A stretch of DNA of 64,000 nt from an uncultured Leptospirales bacterium (GCA_964392365.1 CAYMPH010000011.1:29851-93850); one strand, 5' to 3'. Counted from the first letter of the stretch, positions 32,701 to 42,851 are shown. Numbers and translations are program-made. The notes: generated from the letters alone by a model not told the origin.

Positions 32701-34014
32701 ATTGAAATATTCGGAAATAAAAAAGTCAAGATGCTGCTTTCAAACATGGGCAGACTTTCTACTGAGCTTTTTGCTGCAAGTCTCCGCGGAATTGAGGTTA
32801 ATGCAGAAGCAATGCCTCTGCCTGATACCTACACTCTCCAGCTTGCAAGAAGCAATATGTCCGGAAAAGAATGTCTTCCTTCTCAACTTGTTATAGGTTC
32901 AGCACTTCAGTATCTGATGTCTGATAAATACAGGAAGGATGAAACATATCTGCTTTTTGTGCCTACAACAACAGGCCCTTGCAGAACAGGCCAGTATTAT
33001 ATTTTCTACGAGAATCTTTTTAAAGATATGCGCATGGAAAATGTTGTGGTGGTAACGCTTGGTTCTGAAAATTCATATAATGAGCTTGGGCCTACATTCT
33101 CACAGAAAGCCTGGTGGGCAATGTCAATAGCGGATGCTATGAAAGATGTGGAAACATCTCTCAGAAGCTGTGCGGTTGATCCTACGACAGCTATAGCCAA
33201 ATATGACGAACTCTGGCAGCAGCTTATTGAAATTGCTGAAAAAGATATTTTTAAAGTATTGCCTACACTGAGAAAAATAGCAAATGAGATAGCAAGAATT
33301 CCTCTTAAACATAAGATGGAAGATCAGCCGAAGATTCTTATTGTTGGCGAAATTTATGTTAGAAGGGATGACTTTGCTGTTGATGAGCTTATAAAGCTTC
33401 TGAGTAAAAAGGGCATTATAGGCAAAGTTTCAGGCGTTGGTGAGTGGATTTACTATTGTGACCATACAAGAAAACATGAGCTGAAGAAAAATCTGAAACT
33501 TCTTCCTGTTTATAAACGTGCATTCTCAAAAGAATTTAAGTCGCTTATAGAATGGAAGATTGAGGAAATCTGGAAGCACAATGTAGATAAACAGGTTCTA
33601 AAAGCTTTATCTCCAACAAATCTTATTCCTCACACACCTCATAACATGGAAGAAATTATGGGGAATGCGAATAATAATTTTGTTACAGCAGAGCTTGAAT
33701 CTGAAATTTCAATATCCAGCGGTGTTTCTTATACTGCCATGATGCATGATTTTTCAGGAATTATAAATATTTCACCTTTTGCCTGCTTAATAGGCCGTGT
33801 TATAGAAGGTCTTGTCAGTCCATGGGCGCGTGAAAAGAATTATCCAATGATGTCTATAGAAATAGATGGTGAAACTCTTCCGCCTGTTATTATAAACAAG
33901 CTGGAAATTTTCATGCTGAATGTATTGAGATATCACGGAAAGCTTGATGCGAAAGATCTTGTTGAAAGAATTGATATTAAGGATAATTCGCTCAGCAGAA
34001 GAATTAGCAGATAA
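29701..34014 (+). CDS. Fused acyl-CoA reductase/dehydratase activase (2x BcrAD/BadFG + DUF2229 + reductase); PlsA-PlsR/Ger-type candidate plasmalogen/ether-lipid synthase
   Basis: Two ASKHA ATPase domains (GINMGSSSVK/CAAGTG/RCSVF and GVDGGSTTTK/EIGGQDAK/CSAGTG/CSAF), a Cys linker (CKACDNYC...GGRC), then YCFPAEIAHG, FCP, SCAPD, GKECLP, GPCRTGQY and PFACL. Confidence 0.8.
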   Translation: MFSLGINMGSSSVKVVLLEDKKIVWHKVSEHDGNFFAALTNILTENKFPDNLKALVTGNEGRYLLNINNVVESVCIEEALTGVGGHKVDAVVSMGGENLVVYSISPEGKIITNFSGNKCAAGTGEFFKQQLGRMNMKLTEINDIPSDSVVKPISTRCSVFMKSDCTHKLNKGEATKGDIVLSLSEVMATKVVDFLLRAKLKKGSVLLSGGLTRNKYLIQFVKEKMPEIEFIVPEEASYFEAYGAAILAQDTGSTFPGIDKLLKTNALGFGKLKSLKSAEGKVEYLPSKRGPIRADAEYILGVDGGSTTTKVALIDMATDEIVASHYGRTHGDPVKSLKNCLIEVKKQINEQIGDKKLKITLASTTGSSREILGVFLETPAVYNEIIAHAVGTTYFRPEIDTIFEIGGQDAKYVYLKNKVPIDYAMNEACSAGTGSFLEESASGDLNIKNVWEIGDIALEALSPLKFGETCSAFINSDIRKAIQYGATRGDITAGIITSIVSNYLNRVVGNRTIGKHIVLQGGVAKNKAVPLAFAMLLDKNILIPPDPELLGCFGVGILAKQKMEDGFIDKGEFDIDKILQSEIIHDREFICKACDNYCPIKVLSVNGHKYMFGGRCNKYANTRKKKVIDESKVFNYIEKRNDLMFKELAPEPASLVKKRDYVIGVPMAFSIYTLWPFYSWFFHTLGIEIRLSKEILHEGIAKTESAYCFPAEIAHGAVQSCINEGVDYIFVPHFRDMPSYENDVHANFCPITQSLPYYIKKAFTDFPEDRFLSPIISFKYGLDKALEGILEIGKVLKISDSEIKKAFDVGNAKQQEFFKKYKEIGKEALEKARSLDHPVIALLGRPYNAFTRDANMGIPLKFTSRGYSIIPFDMLPIESSEIFDNMYWYYGQQDMRAAAFIKNEKNLFITFISNFSCAPDSFMLHYVKWMMGMKPFLILELDSHSADAGIDTRVEAFLDIIEGYKSKYVAGEEDRYDNGLRFVNNGKDRLHVYDEINKKKIEIFGNKKVKMLLSNMGRLSTELFAASLRGIEVNAEAMPLPDTYTLQLARSNMSGKECLPSQLVIGSALQYLMSDKYRKDETYLLFVPTTTGPCRTGQYYIFYENLFKDMRMENVVVVTLGSENSYNELGPTFSQKAWWAMSIADAMKDVETSLRSCAVDPTTAIAKYDELWQQLIEIAEKDIFKVLPTLRKIANEIARIPLKHKMEDQPKILIVGEIYVRRDDFAVDELIKLLSKKGIIGKVSGVGEWIYYCDHTRKHELKKNLKLLPVYKRAFSKEFKSLIEWKIEEIWKHNVDKQVLKALSPTNLIPHTPHNMEEIMGNANNNFVTAELESEISISSGVSYTAMMHDFSGIINISPFACLIGRVIEGLVSPWAREKNYPMMSIEIDGETLPPVIINKLEIFMLNVLRYHGKLDAKDLVERIDIKDNSLSRRISR

Positions 34015-34032
34015 TGAAATTTGATGATAAAA

Positions 34033-34067
34033 TAAAAAGCCGGTTGAGATTTCAACCGGCTTTTTTT
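34033..34067 (+). terminator. Bidirectional intrinsic terminator
   Basis: AAAAAGCCGGTTGA-gatt-TCAACCGGCTTTTTTT between convergent genes. Confidence 0.9.
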
Positions 34068-34091
34068 ATGGCTTAATATATTTTTTTTGTT

Positions 34092-34233
34092 TGTCATCCT
34101 CGCGAATGCGGGGATCCAGATTACAGTATAGATTAACCTATAAAGTAAAACTTCTTCGTGCTGTGATAAATAATTACTTGTATCTATTTAAAAAATAAAC
34201 TATATATGGATTCCCGCCTGCGCGGGAATGACA
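34092..34233. repeat. GTCAT...ATGAC REP-like doublet, copy 1
   Basis: TGTCATCCTCGCGAATGCGGGGATCCAG ... TGGATTCCCGCCTGCGCGGGAATGACA; a second copy is at 52157-52221. Confidence 0.85.
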
Positions 34234-34240
34234 GATTTTA

Positions 34241-35275
34241 TCAATACTTCTCTATCACAGGTTTAACCTTGTCGGATTTTAACTTATCTTTAATATCCTG
34301 TCTGCCTTTATTGAACTTATCTGAAATTTCCTGTGTGGCTTTCTGATGTGCTTCTTTTACATTCTGTATAGCTTCGTAATTCATTCTCTGAACTTCCTGA
34401 ACTTTATTCAGCTCGCTTTTTATTCTTTCAAATTCTGTGTATATATTTTCTTTTCTTGATTTGTAATCATTTACTATATCATCAATAGTTAATGCAGCAG
34501 CCTGATTCTGCATCATATCATCCTGAAGCTGTTCTTCAACATTTGAAATTTTATCTCCGGCTTCACTTAACTGATTTTTCTTTTTATTGGTTTTAATTTG
34601 TCCTTCAAGTTTTTGAGTTTCTTTGCCGGCATTTTCGTTTCTTACTTTTAATTTAGAGTTATAATCATCATATTTTTTAACTGCATCTGATGGATTATCC
34701 TCGAAGTTTTTATTCCTTGATTTTCTCCATGTTTCTGAATTTTCATTTGAAGCTTTGGATGGAGCATCACCAAGATTGGTTTCAGACATGTCACCTGATT
34801 CAAGTTTTTTATCACCATAGGGGTTGTTCAGATCAAGCTTTCCCTCATCAAGATCCACATGCGTTTCTCCGGATTTGCAGACAGAAACTTTAAACTCAGT
34901 ACCGCGAACTGAAGCAACAGCAGTTGGTGTGTAAACTTTCTTTTTATTATCTTTACCCATTTTTTTGAAAGTAGCAAATAAATTTCCGGATGAAATGGAT
35001 ACATTTTCAGAATCTTTAATTCCGGCATTGCCGACTGTAACAGTGCTTTTTTCTTTAACAGCAATTTTACTTCCGTCTTTATATGTAATGTCAGCATTTG
35101 ATCCTGATCCTGTTTTTACGATGTCGCCGGATTTAAGATCCATTCCTGATGAAATCTGAATCTGTTTGCCGCTTCTTGTCAGGGAAACATCTCCAATAAA
35201 AAATGATAATTGCGCTGCATTGAGATAAGATGCGCTTAATAGAATCAAAGCTGTAATAGAAAAAATTTTTTTCAT
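34241..35275 (-). CDS. Exported FecR-domain protein with coiled-coil C-terminus
   Basis: Signal peptide, TPTAVASVRGTEF and a charged helical tail. Confidence 0.8.
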   Translation of the reverse strand: MKKIFSITALILLSASYLNAAQLSFFIGDVSLTRSGKQIQISSGMDLKSGDIVKTGSGSNADITYKDGSKIAVKEKSTVTVGNAGIKDSENVSISSGNLFATFKKMGKDNKKKVYTPTAVASVRGTEFKVSVCKSGETHVDLDEGKLDLNNPYGDKKLESGDMSETNLGDAPSKASNENSETWRKSRNKNFEDNPSDAVKKYDDYNSKLKVRNENAGKETQKLEGQIKTNKKKNQLSEAGDKISNVEEQLQDDMMQNQAAALTIDDIVNDYKSRKENIYTEFERIKSELNKVQEVQRMNYEAIQNVKEAHQKATQEISDKFNKGRQDIKDKLKSDKVKPVIEKY

Positions 35276-35303
35276 ACTATACTCCTGGAAATTTTATAAT
35301 TAT

Positions 35304-38300
35304 TTATAGTCCGTTTAAATAAAGCCTTATTGCTGCCCAGTAAGCAGGATGCCTGAATTCCTTTCTGGATTTTAAATATAACTTTGCATTTTCAAAAGAA
35401 GCAATAACATTTTCACCTTCAGATAATTTTTTATAAAATGTGTCTGCAAAAAGACCTGAATTTATATCGCGAACTTTTGGATCGCTAATTACAACTGATT
35501 CAGCTCCACCGGCAGAGGCATAAATTGAAAAATTTGAATAACCGATAGCCTTTAAGGAATTTGAAGATGTATATATAAAGTCTGCTGATTTGATTATATT
35601 AAAAAAATTAACACCATTTATTGACATATTCATTTCAGCCGGATTATAAACAATATTAGACATTATATGGCAGATATTCCCATCAGTTGATAATTTAAAT
35701 CTGCTTTCAGATATTACAGTTTTTTCAAGCTCACAGAATAAATCCGAACAATTGCCGCTGATTAAATTTATTTTCCCTACAGGTTTTATTACCGGATTTA
35801 ATGCTGACAGCAAAGATGAAATATAATATAGTTTATGTGACTCGTCAAGAAAAACTTTTGCACCCATAATCTCATATGGAACTTTTTCAAGATCACTGTC
35901 TGTTATAAAATAAATAGTTTTCTTTGATTTATAATGAATTTCCAGCGGAGAAAAAATTTCATTAATGGCTTTGGATTCTGAATAGGTATTTTTAAATGAG
36001 GAAATTTTTTCTTCATACGAATTAAGTAGAGGTTTTAATTTTTCATAACCGTTATCTAAAACAATTGCAACATTTGAATTATTCCCGATTATCCATGTGA
36101 AAATATTTTTACCGTTTTTAATATTGTATATAATTACGGAATCTGAGGATAATTTTTTCTGTATAGTCTTAATTGGGATTTTTTTAAATAGTCTGGTTGC
36201 CAGAATTTTAGGATATTCAGCAGATAAAAGAAGTGCCTGTGATTCATCTTTTCCGGATAAAAGATCCTCATGTGATTCAGGGATTTTTTTCAAATATGCT
36301 CTTGCAGATATATGTTTTTTTAAGTCAGCATACATTACTGCTTCTTCGTGATTTCCTGTAACCATTTTATAATTTATATATAAATCCAATATTTCAAATA
36401 TGAGCTCTTTCATTTTAAATGAAGGTATGTTTTCTTTATTATCAATAAAATAATTTATTGAATCACTGAAAAGCTTCTCAAATAAATATGCATCTTGTTC
36501 AGATGGATTTTTTAATTTAATAATTTTTAAGTACTCAATTTTTGTTTTAATCAGCCTGGATGCTGTTTTTTCCTCTTCAGATATATCTGTGAGAGATAAG
36601 AATTTATCTAAGCGCTGGTCTGCATTATCACCTTTATCTAGACTTGCTTCAAGCTCTGCAAGAGTCAGCTGCAGTTCTTTCCAGCCTTTATTATCAGGCG
36701 AAAGATTTTTTTCAGCCTTGATAAATGCATCGTATGATTTATCTGTTAAATTTTGTTTCTTAAATCGATTGGCTTTTTCAAGAAAAAGTCTTGCTTTCAA
36801 AATTGGGAAATCCGAATTTTCGGAATTTTTTACAGCTTTATCAATTATTATATCATAATCGGCTGATAATGATTTTGTTTTATCCGTAAATATTATTTTG
36901 TTATCAATAAGGGATAAGAAAAGCCATGAATTTTTATACTTATTGGGTTTTAATTCATCTATTGATTTAATTTCATCATTCAATAAATGAAAAATTATTT
37001 TTTCATAATATGAAGGTCTGTTTTTGCCACTTAATTTTAAAATAAGATCCTGATTTAAATCATTTAAACCTGCTAATTTCAGGTATGATCTGTAAATTAT
37101 TGAAATATTTATTCCTCTAATTTCGCTTTTTAATTTAACGGCAGCTTCAATTTTTTTTAATGATTCATCATATTCATTATTTTTCAGATGAATAACAGCT
37201 TCAATTAATGCTTTTTCTTTGAAATCTGAAAAATCAAGACCTGATTTTGAAATTATATTTTCAGCGCCGGAAATATCTCCGTCTTCAAGCTTAAGTAAAG
37301 ATTTAATAAGAATCGCTTTTTTTGCTTCATCAGATTTATTATTTATTTTTTCTTCTATTGATGAAACTTTATCTGCAAGATTTAATGCCTGTTCAAAATT
37401 TCCGGATCTGAAAGCAAAAACTGTATTTTTTAAAATCAGCACGCTGCTTTTTTCTCTCTCATCCGATTGGATCGGTATAACTTTTTTAATATTAACTGGA
37501 CCTGATAAAGCTATTGAATTTTTATATTTTATCAAATCAATTAAACCGCGGGTGTTTATATCAAAAAGCATATTTGCAGTATCCTCGTCTTTTTCGTATG
37601 ATATAAACATAATATTTTTTATTCCTGAATAAAGCGCTGATTCAAATATGAGCATGAGATCTTCATCATTACTGAAATCAGTTTTCTTTACTAAAAATTT
37701 ATAAGCAGCGCCTGTTTTCGCAAATAGTATTGATGGTTTAAATGGATTGCCGGCAGTATCAATCAGTACTGATGAATTAGCTAAATCAATATCCCATGTG
37801 TCCACATACTCGGCAATATATCCTTCAGCAGTTAATTTTTCCTTTATTATTTTTGATGTTGTAAAAATTTTCTTCATTGAAGATGTAATGGGTGTTAATA
37901 AATTTTTTACTCTTGAAAATGATGGTGTAATAAAATATGTCAGATCAGCATGAATATATTTTCTTACAGAAATAAATGCAGAATCAGCAATAATGAAAAT
38001 TCTTTTTTCTTCCGGTCCGATAAAAGATAATATTTTATTTCCAATCTGATTATCATCAGTTGATGATATAAATTTGTATTGAACTTTCCCATTGCTGATT
38101 TTCCAGGCAAAAATATTCTGCCCTGTTAAATGAAATTTTATTACTGTTTCTTTATTTTCATTTAAATCAGGTGATGATATCTGAATAAAACCAGAGAATA
38201 CAGTCTGATTTTCTGATAAGGTTTTAATAATATTTTTTATTGATAAACTGCTGTCTTTTATCTTTTCATTTAACGAAATTATTTCTTTTGAATCAGGTTC

Positions 38301-41300
38301 TGAACCGGATTCAAGAAGCCTGGAAATCTTATTCCTGTTAGATTCAGCTTCATTATTTTTTACAATAAAAGTTTTATATGCGGATATATCTTCAGCATTG
38401 TTGAAGATTGTTTCCATGGAATAAATTGAAACAAGTCTAGTAAAAGAATATTTTCTTTCTGATATGGAAAATGCCATAGATGGATCTCCCATGGAAATAA
38501 GCAGAGCAGCATATTTATCATACATCTTTTCTATTGTTTTAATGTTTTCAGAAAAATATAATGGTGATGATTCTGCGATATTGGAAGCTTTCTGGAAATA
38601 TTCTGATGCATACATCCGCGAATCTTTGCCTTCTACATTTGATCCTGATTCAGTAAGAAAATCAGCAAGGCTGAAATATGAGCTGAAGAGAAGATCCTGG
38701 TACATATATTTTTCTGCATTATCCTTTGCATCAATATATAATTCATAAGCTTTGCTGAAAGTTCCAATGCGGTTATAACATGCAGCTGTGTTCAGCAGAA
38801 GCTTGATATATAATTTTTTTGATTCAAAATTTTCAGCAGAGTCGAGAGCTTTTTCAAATTTTGAAAGAGCTTTACTGTATAATGAATATAATTCAGTCCC
38901 TTTCTTTAAATATTGTAAGGCGTCTTTCTCGTCAGATGAAGTGATTTTATATGCATCATCATATAACTCGGCTTTATAAAAGTAAAGAACACCTAAAGCT
39001 ATATCAATTTTATAATAAACATTATCCGCATCTTCTTTGATTTTTTTCTTCAGGTCAGCTATATCCTTGTCTCCGACTTTTTTCTCACGGATCTCAGCTT
39101 CTTTTTTAAGTTCTTTTATATCTTCCTTGAATTTATTATCTTCATAGCTCTGTCTGAAAGAATTAATTTTTTCAATAAGCTTATTTATATCATCTTCTGA
39201 AGATTCCATGCTCTGGAGTCTGTTATCAATAAATGTTGCCTGCAGATTAACAAGGTTCATTATAGATGTAAATGCGCCTTCAAGATCGTTTACTTTTGAA
39301 GATGTTGCGTAGTCCCAGGCTTCAGTGAATTGTTTTTTTGATTCTTTGTAATTTTTCAACTTATATAAATAGAATCCTGAATTGTTAAGTGATGCAGTCA
39401 TTGAATCATGTGCTGTTTTAGATTTCATTTTTTTAAGAATTATAATTTTTTTATTTAATGTTTCAACAGCCAGGCTGTAATTTTCCATTAAAGAGTAAAT
39501 TTCCTCTTTCAGTGAAAGGCCATAGAGTTTTTTATCTTTTGTTCCAAGACTTGTGAATATTTTATTATTTCCTATAACTACTGTATCCTGTCCGAGATCG
39601 TATAGTGGAAAAGGATTGAATCCGAATAGTTTTATCTGAACATAATATTTTTCATCAGTATCAGGGTAGGTTTCCAGAAGCTTTTCAGCCTTATCAAGAT
39701 ATGAGAGAGCCTTTTCGAATTCACCGGTTTCCTTATAACAATAGGCAATCTCCTGATAATATCGGGACTTATCAATAGGATATTTTGAGTTTTCAGCAAT
39801 GCCGATAAGTTTTTCATACCAGATTATAGATTCACTGTATTTTTTTTCCATTCTCGTGAACAGCGCCAGATATTTGCTCAAAAGAAATTTCTGTCTTCCG
39901 TATTTGCTGCTTCCGGCAGATAGAGAATCGTAAATGTATATGGCATTCTTCAGTTCTGCCCGAGCTTTTTCATTTTCGCCTAACTGCCAGTAGCAGTATG
40001 CTAGATGATAGTAGAGCATTGCCTCTTCAATCAATGAACCGTATGTTTTTTTATATTTCTGCGATTTTTTGTAATGTACAAGAGCTTGCGGAAAATTCAT
40101 TAATAAGAAATAATTATTTGCTAGATTTAAATGAAGATTACCGTGATTTTCAGGATTGGTGTTTTCATTGTTGGTCATTAATGCTTTATCAAGTATATCA
40201 ATATTTTTTTCCAGAAGATATGGCGGGAATACGCGGCTGATTTTTTTCTCATGCTTGCCGTTATCTTCGTTTCTTTTTATATCTATATACTGGTAAATCC
40301 AGGATTTTAAAATATATGTATCGATAAAAGATTCATCAATAAATTGAGCCCAGTCTATCTGTTCATCAGCCTTTTTAAAATTTTCAATCAGGCCGTATAT
40401 TCCTGCTGTCTGTCCGGCTTCTATCGGCAGGTCTGATTTTTCAGTTAAGATTCCTTTCCTGGTATATATATATCCAAGACCGTATATAAAAGCTTTATCA
40501 AAATTCTGTCTTGCTTCTGCAAGATTTTCCAGGTATTTTTTTTCAAGCAGCAATATGCTTTTTTCGCCTTTTAATATTACATAGGAATCAATATATAAAA
40601 CATGGGCTCTTGAAGAGTATTTGTTATAAACATCTCCAAGGTTTCTGATTTTATTTATATAACTCATAAGGCTTACGTACTTTTCATACATTTGAACAGC
40701 TTCAGGAAAATTTCCATTGTTTTCGGATCTTTCACCTGACTCTTCATAATATTCAACTAGAAACTTGAGCTTATCCCGGAAGTTTTTTTCCTTCCAGACA
40801 TATCTGTATTTTAATGCAGCTGCAGAATAATATTTTTCTGCTTCAGAAAGGTTCTTTTCCTGTAAATATAAATCACCAAGAGTAACAGCATTCCTGTAGA
40901 AAATTATATCAGCCGGATTGGAAATATTTAAAGCTTCAATGAGAATTTTTTTTGCTTCTTCAGTATTGTCTGAGTCGAGAAGAGCCTGACCTTCGATCAG
41001 GTAAAGCAGAGATAGAACTTCCTTGTCTGATTTATATTTATCCTTCAGTTTATGTGAAAATGATATTCTTTCATCAGGGGTCAGTGTTTTTGTTATATCA
41101 ATAAACTGCTTTATAGTTCTGGTTTTTTCAGATGCAGACCCTTTTTTGAATACATCCATTAATATCGGGCTGAAATCTTTTTCGAGAGTTTTATATGTAA
41201 GCTGAAGATATTTTGTCTTAATTATATTTAGCCTGGGATAATCTTTATATTCAGTAATTATTTTGTTATAATACTGCAACGACTTATTATTGGCATCAAG

Positions 41301-42845
41301 CGGATTTGATGATGCAAGCTCAAGGATAAACGGGACGTAATAATTTAAATCCTTATTATGTTTAAATTCTTTAGCATGATTTTCAAGAACATCTGCTGCA
41401 TTTTTATTCAAATTCAAAGCCGATAAATATTCATATACTACCAGAGAAAATTCGTTTCCTTGTTTATGGAATTTATATGCAAGATTCAGAATTTCTGTTT
41501 TTTTATTTTTTTCACCTTTTGAATTGTAAAATATATATGTGTCAGCAAGAGCTTTATATGCATACACCAGCGATATTTTATCTTTACTTTTTCCAAAGTA
41601 ATGGAAAACCATTTCCATTGCAAGAATGTATGATTCCGGATCATTGTAATCATTAAGGTATGATTCAGCAAGATTATATTGTCTCCTGGCTTCATCACGT
41701 TTAGGAATAATTCCTGTATCAGGAATTAAATTAATATTAAAATTTGCAGCTGTATGATCAGTATAAACAATTACTCCTTTTGAAGATTTGCTTTCGAGAA
41801 CAGGAATCCATTTTGAATTGAATGAGGATTTTGATCTTAATGTAAGAGGATATTCGGTTGAATCTGTTAAATTTCTATGAATCAGAACTGCATTGTCATT
41901 CATATCGATTTTGCCGTCACCGTTCGTGTCGGAGTCTATTGCTGTATAAATTATTTCAGATGAGTCAGTTTTATAAGATGGATAAAGTTTAATTGCGCTG
42001 TTTTTAAGAAGAGCTTTTTCTTCGCCTGTTACGGGATCGACTTCATATATATCACCCATGCTTCCGTCTCTGTATGATATAAAAATAATTTTTTTGCCGT
42101 CAGGTGAAAATTTAGGGTGAACCCCGCCCTTAGTCGTGATCTGCTTTTTATTATCGCCGTTTGGATCCATTATCCAGATATTTTCTATTGCCGGTACTGA
42201 TCTTGTTCCTGTTCCGCTTACTGTTGCAGTGTCTTTTGTATTTACTGCCGCTGTTACTGTTTCTGTCCCGGTTTGCGTACTTCTTCTAATTGATGAAAAA
42301 ACTATTTTTCTGCCATCCGGTGACCAGGAAGGTGATGCATCCTTGACTGATGCAAATATTTTTTTAGACCTGCCTTTAACATATGTTAGATTTTTTGAGG
42401 TGGAATCTATAGTAATAGGTCTTGCAAGAGGCAATTCAGCTATTTTAAAAATTTCTTCCGGATCAATACTCGATGAATAAATATCCCCTTCCGGATCCTC
42501 CCTGGTAGATACAAATAGAAGTGTTTTGCCGTCCGGAGAAATAGCAGGTGAAGAATCTTTAGAGGAATGTTTGGTTAAACGTATTGTTTTTATATCTGAT
42601 AGGGATCTGATGTATATATCGAAATTTCCTCTATCCCTGTCTGAGGAATAATACAGATACAATCCATCCTTTGAAATATCGCCTTCAGTTTCAATTGCCT
42701 GTTCAATAGTAAGAGAAATAGGACGTCCGATGTCAGACTGAAAATTTTTATCTATAACATCTTTATAACTGAATAAATTCTTTTTTTCATCACATGAAAC
42801 AGCGAGCATAGATAAAATAAGAAATATATAAACTGAATTTTTCAT
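35304..42845 (-). CDS. Giant lipoprotein: PD40/TolB-like propeller + TPR array + degenerate CHAT domain(s)
   Basis: Lipobox AVSC; PD40 repeats (PAISPDGK, PSWSPDGRKIVF, PKFSPDGKKI); DTNGDGKID Ca-binding-like loop; many TPR-like helices; CHAT-type C-terminus (ITDSDLEKVPYE...HPAYWAA). Confidence 0.8.
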   Translation of the reverse strand: MKNSVYIFLILSMLAVSCDEKKNLFSYKDVIDKNFQSDIGRPISLTIEQAIETEGDISKDGLYLYYSSDRDRGNFDIYIRSLSDIKTIRLTKHSSKDSSPAISPDGKTLLFVSTREDPEGDIYSSSIDPEEIFKIAELPLARPITIDSTSKNLTYVKGRSKKIFASVKDASPSWSPDGRKIVFSSIRRSTQTGTETVTAAVNTKDTATVSGTGTRSVPAIENIWIMDPNGDNKKQITTKGGVHPKFSPDGKKIIFISYRDGSMGDIYEVDPVTGEEKALLKNSAIKLYPSYKTDSSEIIYTAIDSDTNGDGKIDMNDNAVLIHRNLTDSTEYPLTLRSKSSFNSKWIPVLESKSSKGVIVYTDHTAANFNINLIPDTGIIPKRDEARRQYNLAESYLNDYNDPESYILAMEMVFHYFGKSKDKISLVYAYKALADTYIFYNSKGEKNKKTEILNLAYKFHKQGNEFSLVVYEYLSALNLNKNAADVLENHAKEFKHNKDLNYYVPFILELASSNPLDANNKSLQYYNKIITEYKDYPRLNIIKTKYLQLTYKTLEKDFSPILMDVFKKGSASEKTRTIKQFIDITKTLTPDERISFSHKLKDKYKSDKEVLSLLYLIEGQALLDSDNTEEAKKILIEALNISNPADIIFYRNAVTLGDLYLQEKNLSEAEKYYSAAALKYRYVWKEKNFRDKLKFLVEYYEESGERSENNGNFPEAVQMYEKYVSLMSYINKIRNLGDVYNKYSSRAHVLYIDSYVILKGEKSILLLEKKYLENLAEARQNFDKAFIYGLGYIYTRKGILTEKSDLPIEAGQTAGIYGLIENFKKADEQIDWAQFIDESFIDTYILKSWIYQYIDIKRNEDNGKHEKKISRVFPPYLLEKNIDILDKALMTNNENTNPENHGNLHLNLANNYFLLMNFPQALVHYKKSQKYKKTYGSLIEEAMLYYHLAYCYWQLGENEKARAELKNAIYIYDSLSAGSSKYGRQKFLLSKYLALFTRMEKKYSESIIWYEKLIGIAENSKYPIDKSRYYQEIAYCYKETGEFEKALSYLDKAEKLLETYPDTDEKYYVQIKLFGFNPFPLYDLGQDTVVIGNNKIFTSLGTKDKKLYGLSLKEEIYSLMENYSLAVETLNKKIIILKKMKSKTAHDSMTASLNNSGFYLYKLKNYKESKKQFTEAWDYATSSKVNDLEGAFTSIMNLVNLQATFIDNRLQSMESSEDDINKLIEKINSFRQSYEDNKFKEDIKELKKEAEIREKKVGDKDIADLKKKIKEDADNVYYKIDIALGVLYFYKAELYDDAYKITSSDEKDALQYLKKGTELYSLYSKALSKFEKALDSAENFESKKLYIKLLLNTAACYNRIGTFSKAYELYIDAKDNAEKYMYQDLLFSSYFSLADFLTESGSNVEGKDSRMYASEYFQKASNIAESSPLYFSENIKTIEKMYDKYAALLISMGDPSMAFSISERKYSFTRLVSIYSMETIFNNAEDISAYKTFIVKNNEAESNRNKISRLLESGSEPDSKEIISLNEKIKDSSLSIKNIIKTLSENQTVFSGFIQISSPDLNENKETVIKFHLTGQNIFAWKISNGKVQYKFISSTDDNQIGNKILSFIGPEEKRIFIIADSAFISVRKYIHADLTYFITPSFSRVKNLLTPITSSMKKIFTTSKIIKEKLTAEGYIAEYVDTWDIDLANSSVLIDTAGNPFKPSILFAKTGAAYKFLVKKTDFSNDEDLMLIFESALYSGIKNIMFISYEKDEDTANMLFDINTRGLIDLIKYKNSIALSGPVNIKKVIPIQSDEREKSSVLILKNTVFAFRSGNFEQALNLADKVSSIEEKINNKSDEAKKAILIKSLLKLEDGDISGAENIISKSGLDFSDFKEKALIEAVIHLKNNEYDESLKKIEAAVKLKSEIRGINISIIYRSYLKLAGLNDLNQDLILKLSGKNRPSYYEKIIFHLLNDEIKSIDELKPNKYKNSWLFLSLIDNKIIFTDKTKSLSADYDIIIDKAVKNSENSDFPILKARLFLEKANRFKKQNLTDKSYDAFIKAEKNLSPDNKGWKELQLTLAELEASLDKGDNADQRLDKFLSLTDISEEEKTASRLIKTKIEYLKIIKLKNPSEQDAYLFEKLFSDSINYFIDNKENIPSFKMKELIFEILDLYINYKMVTGNHEEAVMYADLKKHISARAYLKKIPESHEDLLSGKDESQALLLSAEYPKILATRLFKKIPIKTIQKKLSSDSVIIYNIKNGKNIFTWIIGNNSNVAIVLDNGYEKLKPLLNSYEEKISSFKNTYSESKAINEIFSPLEIHYKSKKTIYFITDSDLEKVPYEIMGAKVFLDESHKLYYISSLLSALNPVIKPVGKINLISGNCSDLFCELEKTVISESRFKLSTDGNICHIMSNIVYNPAEMNMSINGVNFFNIIKSADFIYTSSNSLKAIGYSNFSIYASAGGAESVVISDPKVRDINSGLFADTFYKKLSEGENVIASFENAKLYLKSRKEFRHPAYWAAIRLYLNGL

Positions 42846-42851
42846 AGCTGT

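Noticed and set aside
29701-34014. Annotation as a simple 2-hydroxyglutaryl-CoA dehydratase activator for amino-acid fermentation
   Set aside because: The four-domain fused architecture and absence of hgdAB-like neighbours fit the PlsA/Ger type better, though this is not proven.
35304-36200. Active caspase-like CHAT protease or anti-phage TPR-CHAT system
   Set aside because: The catalytic His/Cys motifs appear absent, the protein is an exported lipoprotein, and its context is envelope biogenesis.
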